DNA of 58,564 nucleotides from a virus (Duplodnaviria; Caudoviricetes): IMG/VR virus record IMGVR_UViG_3300006162_000015, positions 1 to 58,564 of that record; one strand, 5' to 3'. Shown piece by piece: positions 37,667 to 45,483 of this stretch (position 1 is its first letter; each line of letters starts with the position of its first letter). The notes under the pieces were generated by a model. It saw only the letters and a program-made list of their open reading frames with translations, ran no database searches and was not told where the DNA came from. The position numbers and the translations under genes were made by a program.

Positions 37667-37926
37667 TACGCACCTTTATTTTTTAATAGCTCTAGAATGT
37701 ATTTAGTCTTGGCTTTTACGGCCTTTTTAACGTCGTTGTAAGGGCCGGCAAGCTCTGATACTACTGCTCGAGCTTCTTTTAAGCTTTCGTTGTTAGCCTT
37801 GTGCTCTTCTGACTCTTCTAGCTGTTCTTGCATGCTTACTATACGGGCGCGGAGCTGTTCGGCGGTTAGCGTCATGGCTTCGTTGCAAAAGTCTGGATAT
37901 TCTTTTTGGATCTTGTCTGTGTTCAT
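37666..37926 (-). CDS. Coiled-coil hypothetical protein
   Basis: ORF track; RBS aggag. Confidence 0.65.
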   Translation of the reverse strand: MNTDKIQKEYPDFCNEAMTLTAEQLRARIVSMQEQLEESEEHKANNESLKEARAVVSELAGPYNDVKKAVKAKTKYILELLKNKGA

Positions 37927-38174
37927 TTAACTTCTCCTGTTTCGTTTATACGTTTTTCAGCTATTTTAAAATAATTCTCATCTTTTTCGATACCAATAAA
38001 ATTTCTATTGAGGTTTTTAGCGGCTACGCCTGTGCTGCCTGAGCCCATTGTGAAGTCTAACACAGTTTCGCCTTCAAGTGTATATGTTTTAATTAAGTAT
38101 TCTAGTAAAGCGACGGGTTTTTGAGTAGGATGTTGAGACGGACGGTCTTTAGCAAAGCGTAATATATTTCGCGC
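37923..38174 (-). pseudogene. C-terminal fragment of a beta-class DNA methyltransferase
   Basis: Hand translation RNILRFAKDRPSQHPTQKPVALLEYLIKTYTLEGETVLDFTMGSGSTGVAAKNLNRNFIGIE; in-frame TAA directly upstream; no catalytic PPY half. Confidence 0.85.
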
Positions 38175-38554
38175 TTATTCCAAGCTACTTGTCCGATATG
38201 AGATTTTGATTGATTGGCTATTGCTTGAGGAGATGCTTTTTTACCTTTATTCCAAGGTTTTCTGCCTCTATGTTGGCTTACGTTGCCGCCTTTCAAAAGA
38301 TTATAGCCTTTAGGGTATAAACAATCGTGCGCTTCAATTAATTTAATTTCTAATTCGTCTAAAAAAGAAACGTCTAAGCATGATGCTATAGGTTCTATTA
38401 TAAAATTTTCTACGCCATAGCTTTTAAAAGCGCTGGTTAAAGGGCTTTTACGTTTACTGGCTTTATGTACTGCCCATCGATGTTGCAACTTAGCAATAGT
38501 TTGACCTATGTATATTTTACCATTTATTTTATTAGTAATTTTATAAATAACCAT
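38102..38554 (-). CDS. GIY-YIG endonuclease, C-terminally truncated and running out of frame into the MTase fragment
   Basis: IYKITNKINGKIYIGQT, PKGYN, PWNKG; own promoter TTGCGT-N17-TATATT. Confidence 0.85.
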   Translation of the reverse strand: MVIYKITNKINGKIYIGQTIAKLQHRWAVHKASKRKSPLTSAFKSYGVENFIIEPIASCLDVSFLDELEIKLIEAHDCLYPKGYNLLKGGNVSQHRGRKPWNKGKKASPQAIANQSKSHIGQVAWNKREIYYALLKTVRLNILLKNPSLY

Positions 38555-38590
38555 CTATTTAATATAGCATAATGGTAATGCAGACGCAAG

Positions 38591-38623
38591 AAATAAAAAG
38601 GCTAGGATTTTAGCCCTAGCCTT
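38591..38623 (-). terminator. Rho-independent terminator after the major capsid gene
   Basis: AAGGCTAGG-gctaaaat-CCTAGCCTT followed by TTTATTT on the minus strand. Confidence 0.8.
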
Positions 38624-38651
38624 AGATTTGCTAATTAGTTAACTAGTTGAT

Positions 38652-41600
38652 TTAACTAGATAATTGCACTACACAGTTGAAACCGGGAGCGCTGCAAATT
38701 AAATTGCCGTAGTACCCGATGCGAATTTCTACATTTTGTTACTAACTTTCGTTAGGCCTACCCAGCACTTCAGCTTTCGGCTCTCGGATTTTCTTTCTAT
38801 ATTCCGAGTTCAGACTATCACATCCCTTTCGGGGTTTCTCGTTTAGTCGTTCAGGCTGCTTTCGCTTGCCCCTTGTTACCCTGTCGGGCCTCCAAGTCAA
38901 TTAGAGAAACTTTTAGATGCACTAGTGAAGCATATATCGCTTAGTCGATGCATCGGCGTTGCCTACTCGCAAGCCTTCGAGACCTTCCATGCCATAAGTG
39001 AGTATATGAGGTACTTTGCCTAGCGAACGGAGCTTCCAAGTAGACATAGTCAACAAATAAGCCGTTTGCGGAGGACAAGAGCGGTCTGCAAGGATCGTTA
39101 CGCGACCATAAGCAGATTGAAAGGTAATACCTTCAAATGCAACTTCGACTTCGTCGTGGTTGACTTGAACGTATTGTACTTTTGCGCCTAATGCGTTAAC
39201 CAAAGCTGCATATGAAGCAAAGTCCATAATGCAAAGATCTGGTTTGCCGCCTTCACGGTTAGTGAATGCAAGGGCGTTAGTAATACCTTCTTCAATCGTT
39301 TGCGATTGAGCGTTATAACGAAGACCTGCAAGACGGGTCGGATCTGCTGAGCGGTTAACGCCCCAGAAACTATCGGTTGATGCAGGAGTAGTAGTCGGAA
39401 TCCAAGCAGCTAAGCCTGAAAGTGCCAAGAAACTACCAGTGTTAGAAGCGCCAGTCGACGGTAGATCGCCTGATACTGTAAGGTATGCAGAGCCTGAACC
39501 GATAGCCCAGTTAGAGCTAAGAGTTGCAGCCGATGCTGTACCAGTAACAATACCGTTTGCGCGGTCTACTGCAGTTACCAATACGGTATCAGTTGAAGGA
39601 GCGCCGCCATCAGTAGCAGAAGCTACTAATAATTGGCCGACTTCAAATGCAACGATTTGGTTAGCGTTAGTAAGAGGCAATACTGTGCCGCCTACAGTCG
39701 TACCTGACTGAGTCGAGCTTGAGCTAGAAATACCACGAGTAGCAGTACCTGAACCAAATAGTTCAAAAGCAATGTTATTCGTAATGTTACGGAAACCGCC
39801 GTCCATTTGAAGTTTTGCAGCGTCAACAAACGCACCTGCGTTAGTCTTAGTCTGTTCCATCAAAAGGTTAGTGATAGTAACAAGTTGGTAATCTTGGATC
39901 ACATACACGAAAAACGATACCAATGACGTAGCCGTCTGTTGGTTTTGAGCGTTTGAAAACGTGTGTGCGCGACCTTGAGGGTTGCCGTATTCTAGCGGTA
40001 CTGGTATCAGAGTGTTATCGTAAAGGCTTTTTATCCTTTACTTCTTAAACTTTTTTACATATGCTATCGTCATTTCAAGTCTTTCTATGTTTTCTTTAGC
40101 AAATCCCACCAATGGATTGCATAAAGTACATAGCAAGGCTCTTACCTGGCGTGTTGTATGATCGTGGTCTACATGTAATCGTCTTTTAAAATTAGACTTA
40201 TGTAATCCACAACATGCACAACATTCGTTTTGGGCTATAAGCAGGTCGTTATATTGTTCCGGCGTCATATCATAAAAACGCTTTAGACCTCTAACAAACT
40301 CTTTATATGATCTGCATTCTTTACAGTCGGGTTGAGTTGTTTCTTTGCCTCTAGACATGCGGCTAAATTCTTTTTTGTCTTTAGCTTTGTTGCAAGTCCT
40401 GCATATTCTTTGTTTAAGCTCAGCGTACATTATCAACTCCTTGAGTTGTCGGTCACTCTTGGTACTATTTTATTCTATCAAATCGTGTAGATAGTTTCAA
40501 GTACTACGCGTTACACCGTCTCATAACTGTTACATTTTGAGATTGGCACGGTATTGGCATTTCAGCTTCCACCGTTTTTGACCAATTTTCAGCCATTAGT
40601 CGCCTAATGGCGGTACATTAGTTATACTTACCAGCAAAGCCGTCCGGGCTTTCATCTTTAGGTACGAGGGCTAAGACAAATTGTTATCCTAAAGGCTTTT
40701 TATCCTCTAGTTCTAGCACTTCAAAGCGTCTTGCGAGATTATCTTCCGCCCATAAAGGTCGCATATTCGTATAATGACATACTTCTGCGAGCTGCTTTTT
40801 GTCCGATAGATCAAAGTTTTTAATCGGCTTTATGTGATCGATGTGCCAACCGTCGAGCTTCCAATTATCCCAAGTCATTCCCGGTTTAAATTGTTTTTCT
40901 ATATGAAGTTTAAATTCTTCAATAGAACAGCCTAGCAGTTTTAAAGCAGAACCAGATTTTGCGCCGCTTTTTATAGCAGATGTTATTCTAGCTCTAATAG
41001 TTTCTCGAAGTCTAAACTGGATGTCGGTTTTAAGCTTGTTCTTCTTCCACTTATAATGTTGAGCAGAATACTTTTTACCGTGCTTTACCCAGGTGCGTTT
41101 TCTTTGTGCCATCACAGCTTCCTTATTTTCATTTCTATAAGTTTTTCGCTGTTTATTTATTTTTTCTTTGTTGACTTCGCGATACTGTTTGTTCATCAAT
41201 CTCAAGCGTTCTTTGTTTTTCTCTCTATACGCTTTCTGATACTTTTTATGACACTCTTTGCAAACCATCCAGCCCTTAGCATTTGTAGCTAAATCTTTTG
41301 CCAGATTAGTTTCGCCTCCAAGTTGACATACAAAAACATCATTCGTGTTAGTTCGGCATATATTTTCACCCATAATTTCTCCCTGGGTGCCTACCACTCG
41401 TGGCACTATTTTATTCTAGCCCTTTTTGGCACTAGTGTCAAGTGCTATGCTCTACACTGATACGTCTTCTTTAGGAACGTATTTAGCACGGTATTAGCGT
41501 TTCAGCCTTCACCGTTTTTGGTTGGTTTTAAATCCCCGCTTATTCCAGGGATTTTCCTTGTAAACAAGGTCCTTCATATATTCTTTCATGATATCAAGGA

Positions 41601-41699
41601 CTTACAAGAAAAGACGACAAAGAGTTATTTGGTATCGTCTGTGTATAGTTCTTTCAACGCAGCTATCTGGTTGGAACTATTGGCATAAACTGCTGCCAT
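38652..41699 (-). CDS. Major capsid protein, five exons (41634-41699, 41547-41586, 40624-40676, 38948-40007, 38652-38731), 432 aa joined
   Basis: RBS aagga plus ATG at 41699; the joined exons give one open frame MAAVYANSSNQIAALKELYTDD/KEYMKDLVYKENP/FLALVPKDESPDGFAGKY/IPVPLEYGNPQG...GNADA/LEIRIGYYGNLICSAPGFNCVVQLSS*; follows portal and scaffold genes, followed by a terminator. Confidence 0.88.
38732..38947 (-). mobile_element. Group I intron 4 (216 nt, no ORF)
   Basis: P1 GAUGCAU/GUGCAUC with U-G wobble; canonical core GCCUGAACGACUA...GAUAGUCUGAACU; GUUUCUC/GAGAAAC pairing; terminal G; removal restores the frame. Confidence 0.92.
40038..40436 (-). CDS. Intron-encoded endonuclease VII-family homing endonuclease
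   Basis: CRTC/CKEC, QNECCACC, LHVDHDH, VRALLCTLCN; RBS aaggag. Confidence 0.88.
   Translation of the reverse strand: MIMYAELKQRICRTCNKAKDKKEFSRMSRGKETTQPDCKECRSYKEFVRGLKRFYDMTPEQYNDLLIAQNECCACCGLHKSNFKRRLHVDHDHTTRQVRALLCTLCNPLVGFAKENIERLEMTIAYVKKFKK
40472..40500 (-). promoter_or_regulatory. Sigma-70 promoter inside intron 3
   Basis: TTGAAA-N17-TAGAAT upstream of the intron ORF. Confidence 0.65.
40684..41406 (-). CDS. Intron-encoded HNH-type homing endonuclease
   Basis: CKEC, basic helical repeats, LGCS, GMTWDN, WHIDHIKP, HYTNMRPLW; likely start at MGENIC. Confidence 0.85.
   Translation of the reverse strand: MPRVVGTQGEIMGENICRTNTNDVFVCQLGGETNLAKDLATNAKGWMVCKECHKKYQKAYREKNKERLRLMNKQYREVNKEKINKQRKTYRNENKEAVMAQRKRTWVKHGKKYSAQHYKWKKNKLKTDIQFRLRETIRARITSAIKSGAKSGSALKLLGCSIEEFKLHIEKQFKPGMTWDNWKLDGWHIDHIKPIKNFDLSDKKQLAEVCHYTNMRPLWAEDNLARRFEVLELEDKKPLG
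41413..41441 (-). promoter_or_regulatory. Sigma-70 promoter inside intron 2
   Basis: TTGACA-N17-TAGAAT upstream of the intron ORF. Confidence 0.7.
41587..41633 (-). other. 47-nt core-less group I-like mini-intron (intervening sequence 1 of the capsid gene)
   Basis: Follows exon U, ends in G, contains an in-frame stop, and carries UCUUU-GUCGUCU, complementary to the ligated junction AGACGAU/AAAGA with a G-U wobble at the 5' splice site. Confidence 0.75.
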
Positions 41700-41754
41700 T
41701 TTAATTTCCTTTGTTAATAATTAAATGTGTAATAACCCTATGTTATTACAACGG

Positions 41755-42807
41755 TTATTTGAGCTCTCCTCTCATGGCTAATATTGCACGTTCTCTGGCA
41801 CTCAACTTCCGAGTACTAGATACGGTATTAGTAAGAGTTTTTAAGGGGGCTGAGTCTTGCCCTTTAGTTGCTGCTGGTTGCGCTGGCTTCTGGGCTGCGG
41901 CCTGCGTCGGCGTTAGCTTGCGCTTAATTTTTTCAATTCTTGTTAATTTCATTGCTTCGTCAATAAGGTAGTTTTCTACTTCTTGGGCTGCTTCTTCTAC
42001 TGTAAGAAGAATTTGGTCTTTTTCCCAAGTCTTAGTAATAAGCTCTACTACGTCTTTTTCTGATCGCGTAGCTTTGATAGTCTCAAAGTTAGGGTCTGAG
42101 GCTACAAGGTTTTTAGTATCTAGTTCGATTTGACGTACGGCTTGGTTATAGGCGTCTTGCTGTTGCTTAGTCATGCGTTCGTTAGCTTCAGTAGTGCCTT
42201 TTTCAAGCTCTTCTATTTTAGCCTGTAATTTATCGATAGTTGCTTGAAGGCGAGGGTCGACTTTAGTAGGGTTAATAATCTGGTCGGCGATTTGGTCGTA
42301 AGACACCCCTGCTTCGGCTAATACCGTTAGCGGGTCGTTTTTAAGCTTGTCTAGCGAAATAAAGCCTTTTTGGTTAATCTCTGATTTTTGTTGTGCTTCT
42401 GCTTCGCGGGCTTTTATAGCCTCTTCACGTTGTCTAAACTTTGCTTCTTGTTCTTGGGCTTTTTGGCGAAGAAGTCGTTCTTGTCTGGCAAGCTTTGCCC
42501 ATTCTTGGCTTGCTTTAGTTTCAGGTTTTTTCTCTTCTGCTGGAGCTTCTGGCGCCGCCTCTACTTCTCCGCCTTCAGCCTGGGCTTCGACCTGAGGTTC
42601 TTGGCTAGGAGCTTTAACGGCTGATAGCTCTTCTGCACTAATATTGTTAGGGTTTGCTACTGCAGTTTCTTGGGCGTTACCTTGGGTAGGGGCAGCCTTA
42701 GAGCCTTGCAATATAGCTATTGCGCGGGCCTTGGCGTCTGTAGCTGCTGCAGGTGATGGTGCTTGAGGCTGAATAGCGACTGGCGAGCTTACTGGGATTA
42801 CTTTCAT
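41755..42807 (-). CDS. Capsid scaffolding protein
   Basis: A/E/K/Q-rich coiled-coil protein directly upstream of the capsid gene. Confidence 0.75.
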   Translation of the reverse strand: MKVIPVSSPVAIQPQAPSPAAATDAKARAIAILQGSKAAPTQGNAQETAVANPNNISAEELSAVKAPSQEPQVEAQAEGGEVEAAPEAPAEEKKPETKASQEWAKLARQERLLRQKAQEQEAKFRQREEAIKAREAEAQQKSEINQKGFISLDKLKNDPLTVLAEAGVSYDQIADQIINPTKVDPRLQATIDKLQAKIEELEKGTTEANERMTKQQQDAYNQAVRQIELDTKNLVASDPNFETIKATRSEKDVVELITKTWEKDQILLTVEEAAQEVENYLIDEAMKLTRIEKIKRKLTPTQAAAQKPAQPAATKGQDSAPLKTLTNTVSSTRKLSARERAILAMRGELK

Positions 42808-42817
42808 TTATGACTCC

Positions 42818-43165
42818 TTAGTTACTAAAATCTTTAAGTTTTTTATCGTTTTTAAATACTTTATAAGGCGAAACGGGAACTGATTTATTGCCAAAAAAAG
42901 CTACTTCATTGTTTTTTATGTTAAAATCAGGAAAAATACTTAGAGGGCCTACCGGAGTCGTAATTCTGCATCCTTCAAAATCTTGACCGTCTTCGTGACA
43001 AATAATAAATTGTACTTTAGAGCCTAGAGCAATGATTAATTCTGTATAATCTTGATAGCTCATAACCGCGCATTCTAAACTATTGTTTTTTTCTTTGGCG
43101 TCCACGCAGTGCTTTACAAGACACTCTTCTAGATAAACGTAGTTCGACATTCTTAGCTGTTTCAT
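42818..43165 (-). CDS. Stand-alone paralog of a major capsid protein domain
   Basis: VMSYQDYTELIIALGSKVQF...FEGCRITTPVGPLSIFPD aligns by eye with capsid IMDFASYAALVNALGAKVQY...FEGITFQSAYGRVTILAD. Confidence 0.7.
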   Translation of the reverse strand: MKQLRMSNYVYLEECLVKHCVDAKEKNNSLECAVMSYQDYTELIIALGSKVQFIICHEDGQDFEGCRITTPVGPLSIFPDFNIKNNEVAFFGNKSVPVSPYKVFKNDKKLKDFSN

Positions 43166-43189
43166 TTAGTACTCCTGTTAAGGGTTTAG

Positions 43190-45103
43190 TTACTGTTGAG
43201 AGGCTTGAGGGCCGTTTGGCAGCATTGGGCTTACGGGGGGTGCTGCGGGTACTGCTTGGGGGCCTGCGCCTTGTGGCGAGGCTCCTGGAGCGTTTGGCAT
43301 GGGTTGTGGCATTGCGGCCTGTTTAAGGGCTTGGATTTGGGTAAAAAAGTCGCGGAGTTTTTGGGCTTTAGACTCTTCTAGCTTTGCCTGGGCGTAAAGG
43401 TTTATATACTGGGTTACTAGTTTTTCAGCTAAAGGCAAGTTCATAAACGGGTCTGGGGGCGTGTACTTCCCGCGCTCGATTATATCGTCAAGGATCTGGA
43501 ATATCCTCTCTTCTGGGGCGTTTGCAAGACGCTCTATCTGCTCAAGATCCGGGAAGTCTAGCATTCTACGGCCTTCGTCCATGCTGATAAGGCCTGCCTG
43601 CATCATCTCGGTTACTTTAGCAAGTCGGCCTGCAGGGTCTTTAGGAAGGCTAGATTGCGTAAAGCATTGGATTATAAAAGGATTTTCTTCAAGTTCTGTG
43701 TGCGGAAGGTCTATTTCTCTAGTTCCATTTTTGTTTGGGTATACTGTTTGGTAAGAGCCCTGTTCAATAGCAATATCTTTTGCCTGATCGATGATTTGAT
43801 ACGCTAAGTCTATGAATAGATTATCATAACGGCGGCTAAGACTAGCGAAACGATCAGTAGATATATCGTCGTACGTTCTGATGGCTTCACCTGAGTCGAG
43901 ACCTTGTGGCTTCTGTGAAGATGCTTGGAGGGCCGATACGCCTGACTGCTGGTACCCGTATTGGATGAGTTTGTCTCGTTCTGCATATAACTCCGGTGCG
44001 TTGCATGGTGCTACTACGTATTCTGGTTTAATACCACGGTATTTGACGATTACGCCTATTTCGTTGTTATGGGCGGCTGTAGAGATCTTAGACCCCTCTT
44101 CTTGAAATACGCGGGGTACGCCTACAAGCTTTATAGCCTTTGAAATCGTAAACAAGATGCTATTTAGCTCCATTTGAGTGCCCATTAGCTGTTCTGCGAC
44201 ACCTTGGGACCAAAAACCTAATAGTCGGGGGCTATAGTGTACAAAAGTAAACGGGAATCGTTCTTTAGTATATTCTTCGTCTATAAGGTAGCCTGAACTA
44301 CATGCAAGCGTATGCCTGCCGTCGCGTACGTTTTTACCAGATGGTAAATGCCAGCCTTCTACCACCATGATAAGGTCCGAAACCGTTTTAGAGGCTTCTG
44401 TACTGTTATCTGGGTAGCCTTTAGCCGCTATGTCTAGCTTGTCTTTCATTTTAGGAAAGTTAGCTTTTAAGACTTCTCGGTCTACAAGTTTCATGCGGTA
44501 TAGCTGGCGAGGTTCGCCATACATTGCTTCGTTAGGGTCTATGAGAAGCTCAGTTAAAAGGACTCTTTCGAGTCCGACTTTGTGGTCTGGCGTTTCGTAC
44601 GTGTGGAGAACTCCAGTACCTTGCACGAGTGCGTCCCTGAGGACGATGCTTGCTTTTTCGTAGGCGTCGGTTTGATAGAATTCGCCTTGGATAAAGTTAT
44701 TAAGTTTTTTGGCGAGGGTTCGTTGCTTGTAGTCACCATTATCGGTGAGGAAGACAGGGCTAGGTCTAGACTGTGAAAGCCTAGAGACCAGGGTATCTGT
44801 GACACTCTGAATGAGGTTGAAGGTCGGGCGTTCTTGTGGAAGCCCCTTCGTCTGATCCAGCTTATTGATATTAGACCCAGCAAAAGCGTATAGACTTTGA
44901 TTCCCATATAATCTCGCGTATATAGCGGCTTGTTTATACCGATAGTTTTGGCTTTCTTTTAAGTACGCAGCAGACGTGAGCATGTACATAGCTGCTTTGT
45001 CTGGGTTTTTCTCTGTCCACCATTCCGTTAGCGTTAGCGATTCGGCGTCTGGACGAGTCTTAAATGTTACCTTATTAGGCTTATCTACGTTTTTTACTTT
45101 CAT
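43190..45103 (-). CDS. Portal protein
   Basis: 637 aa between terminase and scaffold; FNLIQSVTDTL, RDALVQGTG, FPFTF...FWSQG; P/Q-rich tail. Confidence 0.85.
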   Translation of the reverse strand: MKVKNVDKPNKVTFKTRPDAESLTLTEWWTEKNPDKAAMYMLTSAAYLKESQNYRYKQAAIYARLYGNQSLYAFAGSNINKLDQTKGLPQERPTFNLIQSVTDTLVSRLSQSRPSPVFLTDNGDYKQRTLAKKLNNFIQGEFYQTDAYEKASIVLRDALVQGTGVLHTYETPDHKVGLERVLLTELLIDPNEAMYGEPRQLYRMKLVDREVLKANFPKMKDKLDIAAKGYPDNSTEASKTVSDLIMVVEGWHLPSGKNVRDGRHTLACSSGYLIDEEYTKERFPFTFVHYSPRLLGFWSQGVAEQLMGTQMELNSILFTISKAIKLVGVPRVFQEEGSKISTAAHNNEIGVIVKYRGIKPEYVVAPCNAPELYAERDKLIQYGYQQSGVSALQASSQKPQGLDSGEAIRTYDDISTDRFASLSRRYDNLFIDLAYQIIDQAKDIAIEQGSYQTVYPNKNGTREIDLPHTELEENPFIIQCFTQSSLPKDPAGRLAKVTEMMQAGLISMDEGRRMLDFPDLEQIERLANAPEERIFQILDDIIERGKYTPPDPFMNLPLAEKLVTQYINLYAQAKLEESKAQKLRDFFTQIQALKQAAMPQPMPNAPGASPQGAGPQAVPAAPPVSPMLPNGPQASQQ

Positions 45104-45393
45104 TATTCAGCCCCCGGCTCTTCTTTAGCTGAATAATAAAGAAGCTGTTCTTCTGTAAGGGCGTCTGGGGTTTTAACTTCTTCTGGCTCTGATATAGGCG
45201 CTGATGGGTCTAGCTTAATACCGTTATATGCAGGTATTTTAATCTGGGCTTCTGGGAATACGTCTTCTATTTGAGGCTTAGACTGTATATTCTCTATAGC
45301 AAACTCGATGTTATCTACTTTAATCGCTCTTAAGCTATGCTTTTTACAGAGTTTTATTAATTTTTCGAGCTCAGAGATCGTGTTTATTGTCAT
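45103..45393 (-). CDS. Hypothetical protein
   Basis: ORF track; coupled to the portal start. Confidence 0.6.
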   Translation of the reverse strand: MTINTISELEKLIKLCKKHSLRAIKVDNIEFAIENIQSKPQIEDVFPEAQIKIPAYNGIKLDPSAPISEPEEVKTPDALTEEQLLYYSAKEEPGAE

Positions 45394-45483
45394 CGTCTAA
45401 ATTCTCTATTATATTGAAATGGTTAAAGAATCCTGCTAAGGCAATACCGAAGCAGATAGCACTAAGGGCTAATAGCGGGTCCA

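Larger units (their letters stand above)
40008..40623 (-). mobile_element. Group I intron 3 (616 nt) carrying an endonuclease VII-type ORF
   Basis: Exon ends in U, intron ends in G; core CAAAAACGGUGGAAGCUGAAAUGCCAAUACCGUG, GUGUAACGCGUAG, UGUACGCUGAGCU; removal restores the frame. Confidence 0.85.
40677..41546 (-). mobile_element. Group I intron 2 (870 nt) carrying an HNH-type ORF
   Basis: P1 AAAUCCCU/GGGGAUUU with U-G wobble; core CAAAAACGGUGAAGGCUGAAACGCUAAUACCGUG, GUGUAGAGCAUAG, AAGUGCUAGAACU; terminal G; removal restores the frame. Confidence 0.88.

Noticed and set aside
38922-39923. 333 aa ORF as the complete capsid protein
   Set aside because: Its start lacks an evident RBS and its last residues (STKRYMLH) are intron 4 sequence; it is most of exon 4.
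41592-41604. IHF-consensus matches (WATCAANNNNTTR) in the mini-intron and near 38640-38652
   Set aside because: A short degenerate motif in AT-rich DNA; the mini-intron bases are already explained by pairing to exon 2, though a DNA-level role cannot be excluded.
41587-41633. Stop-codon reassignment explaining the capsid break
   Set aside because: The insert also shifts the frame (47 nt), and TAA, TAG and TGA all end genes normally elsewhere.
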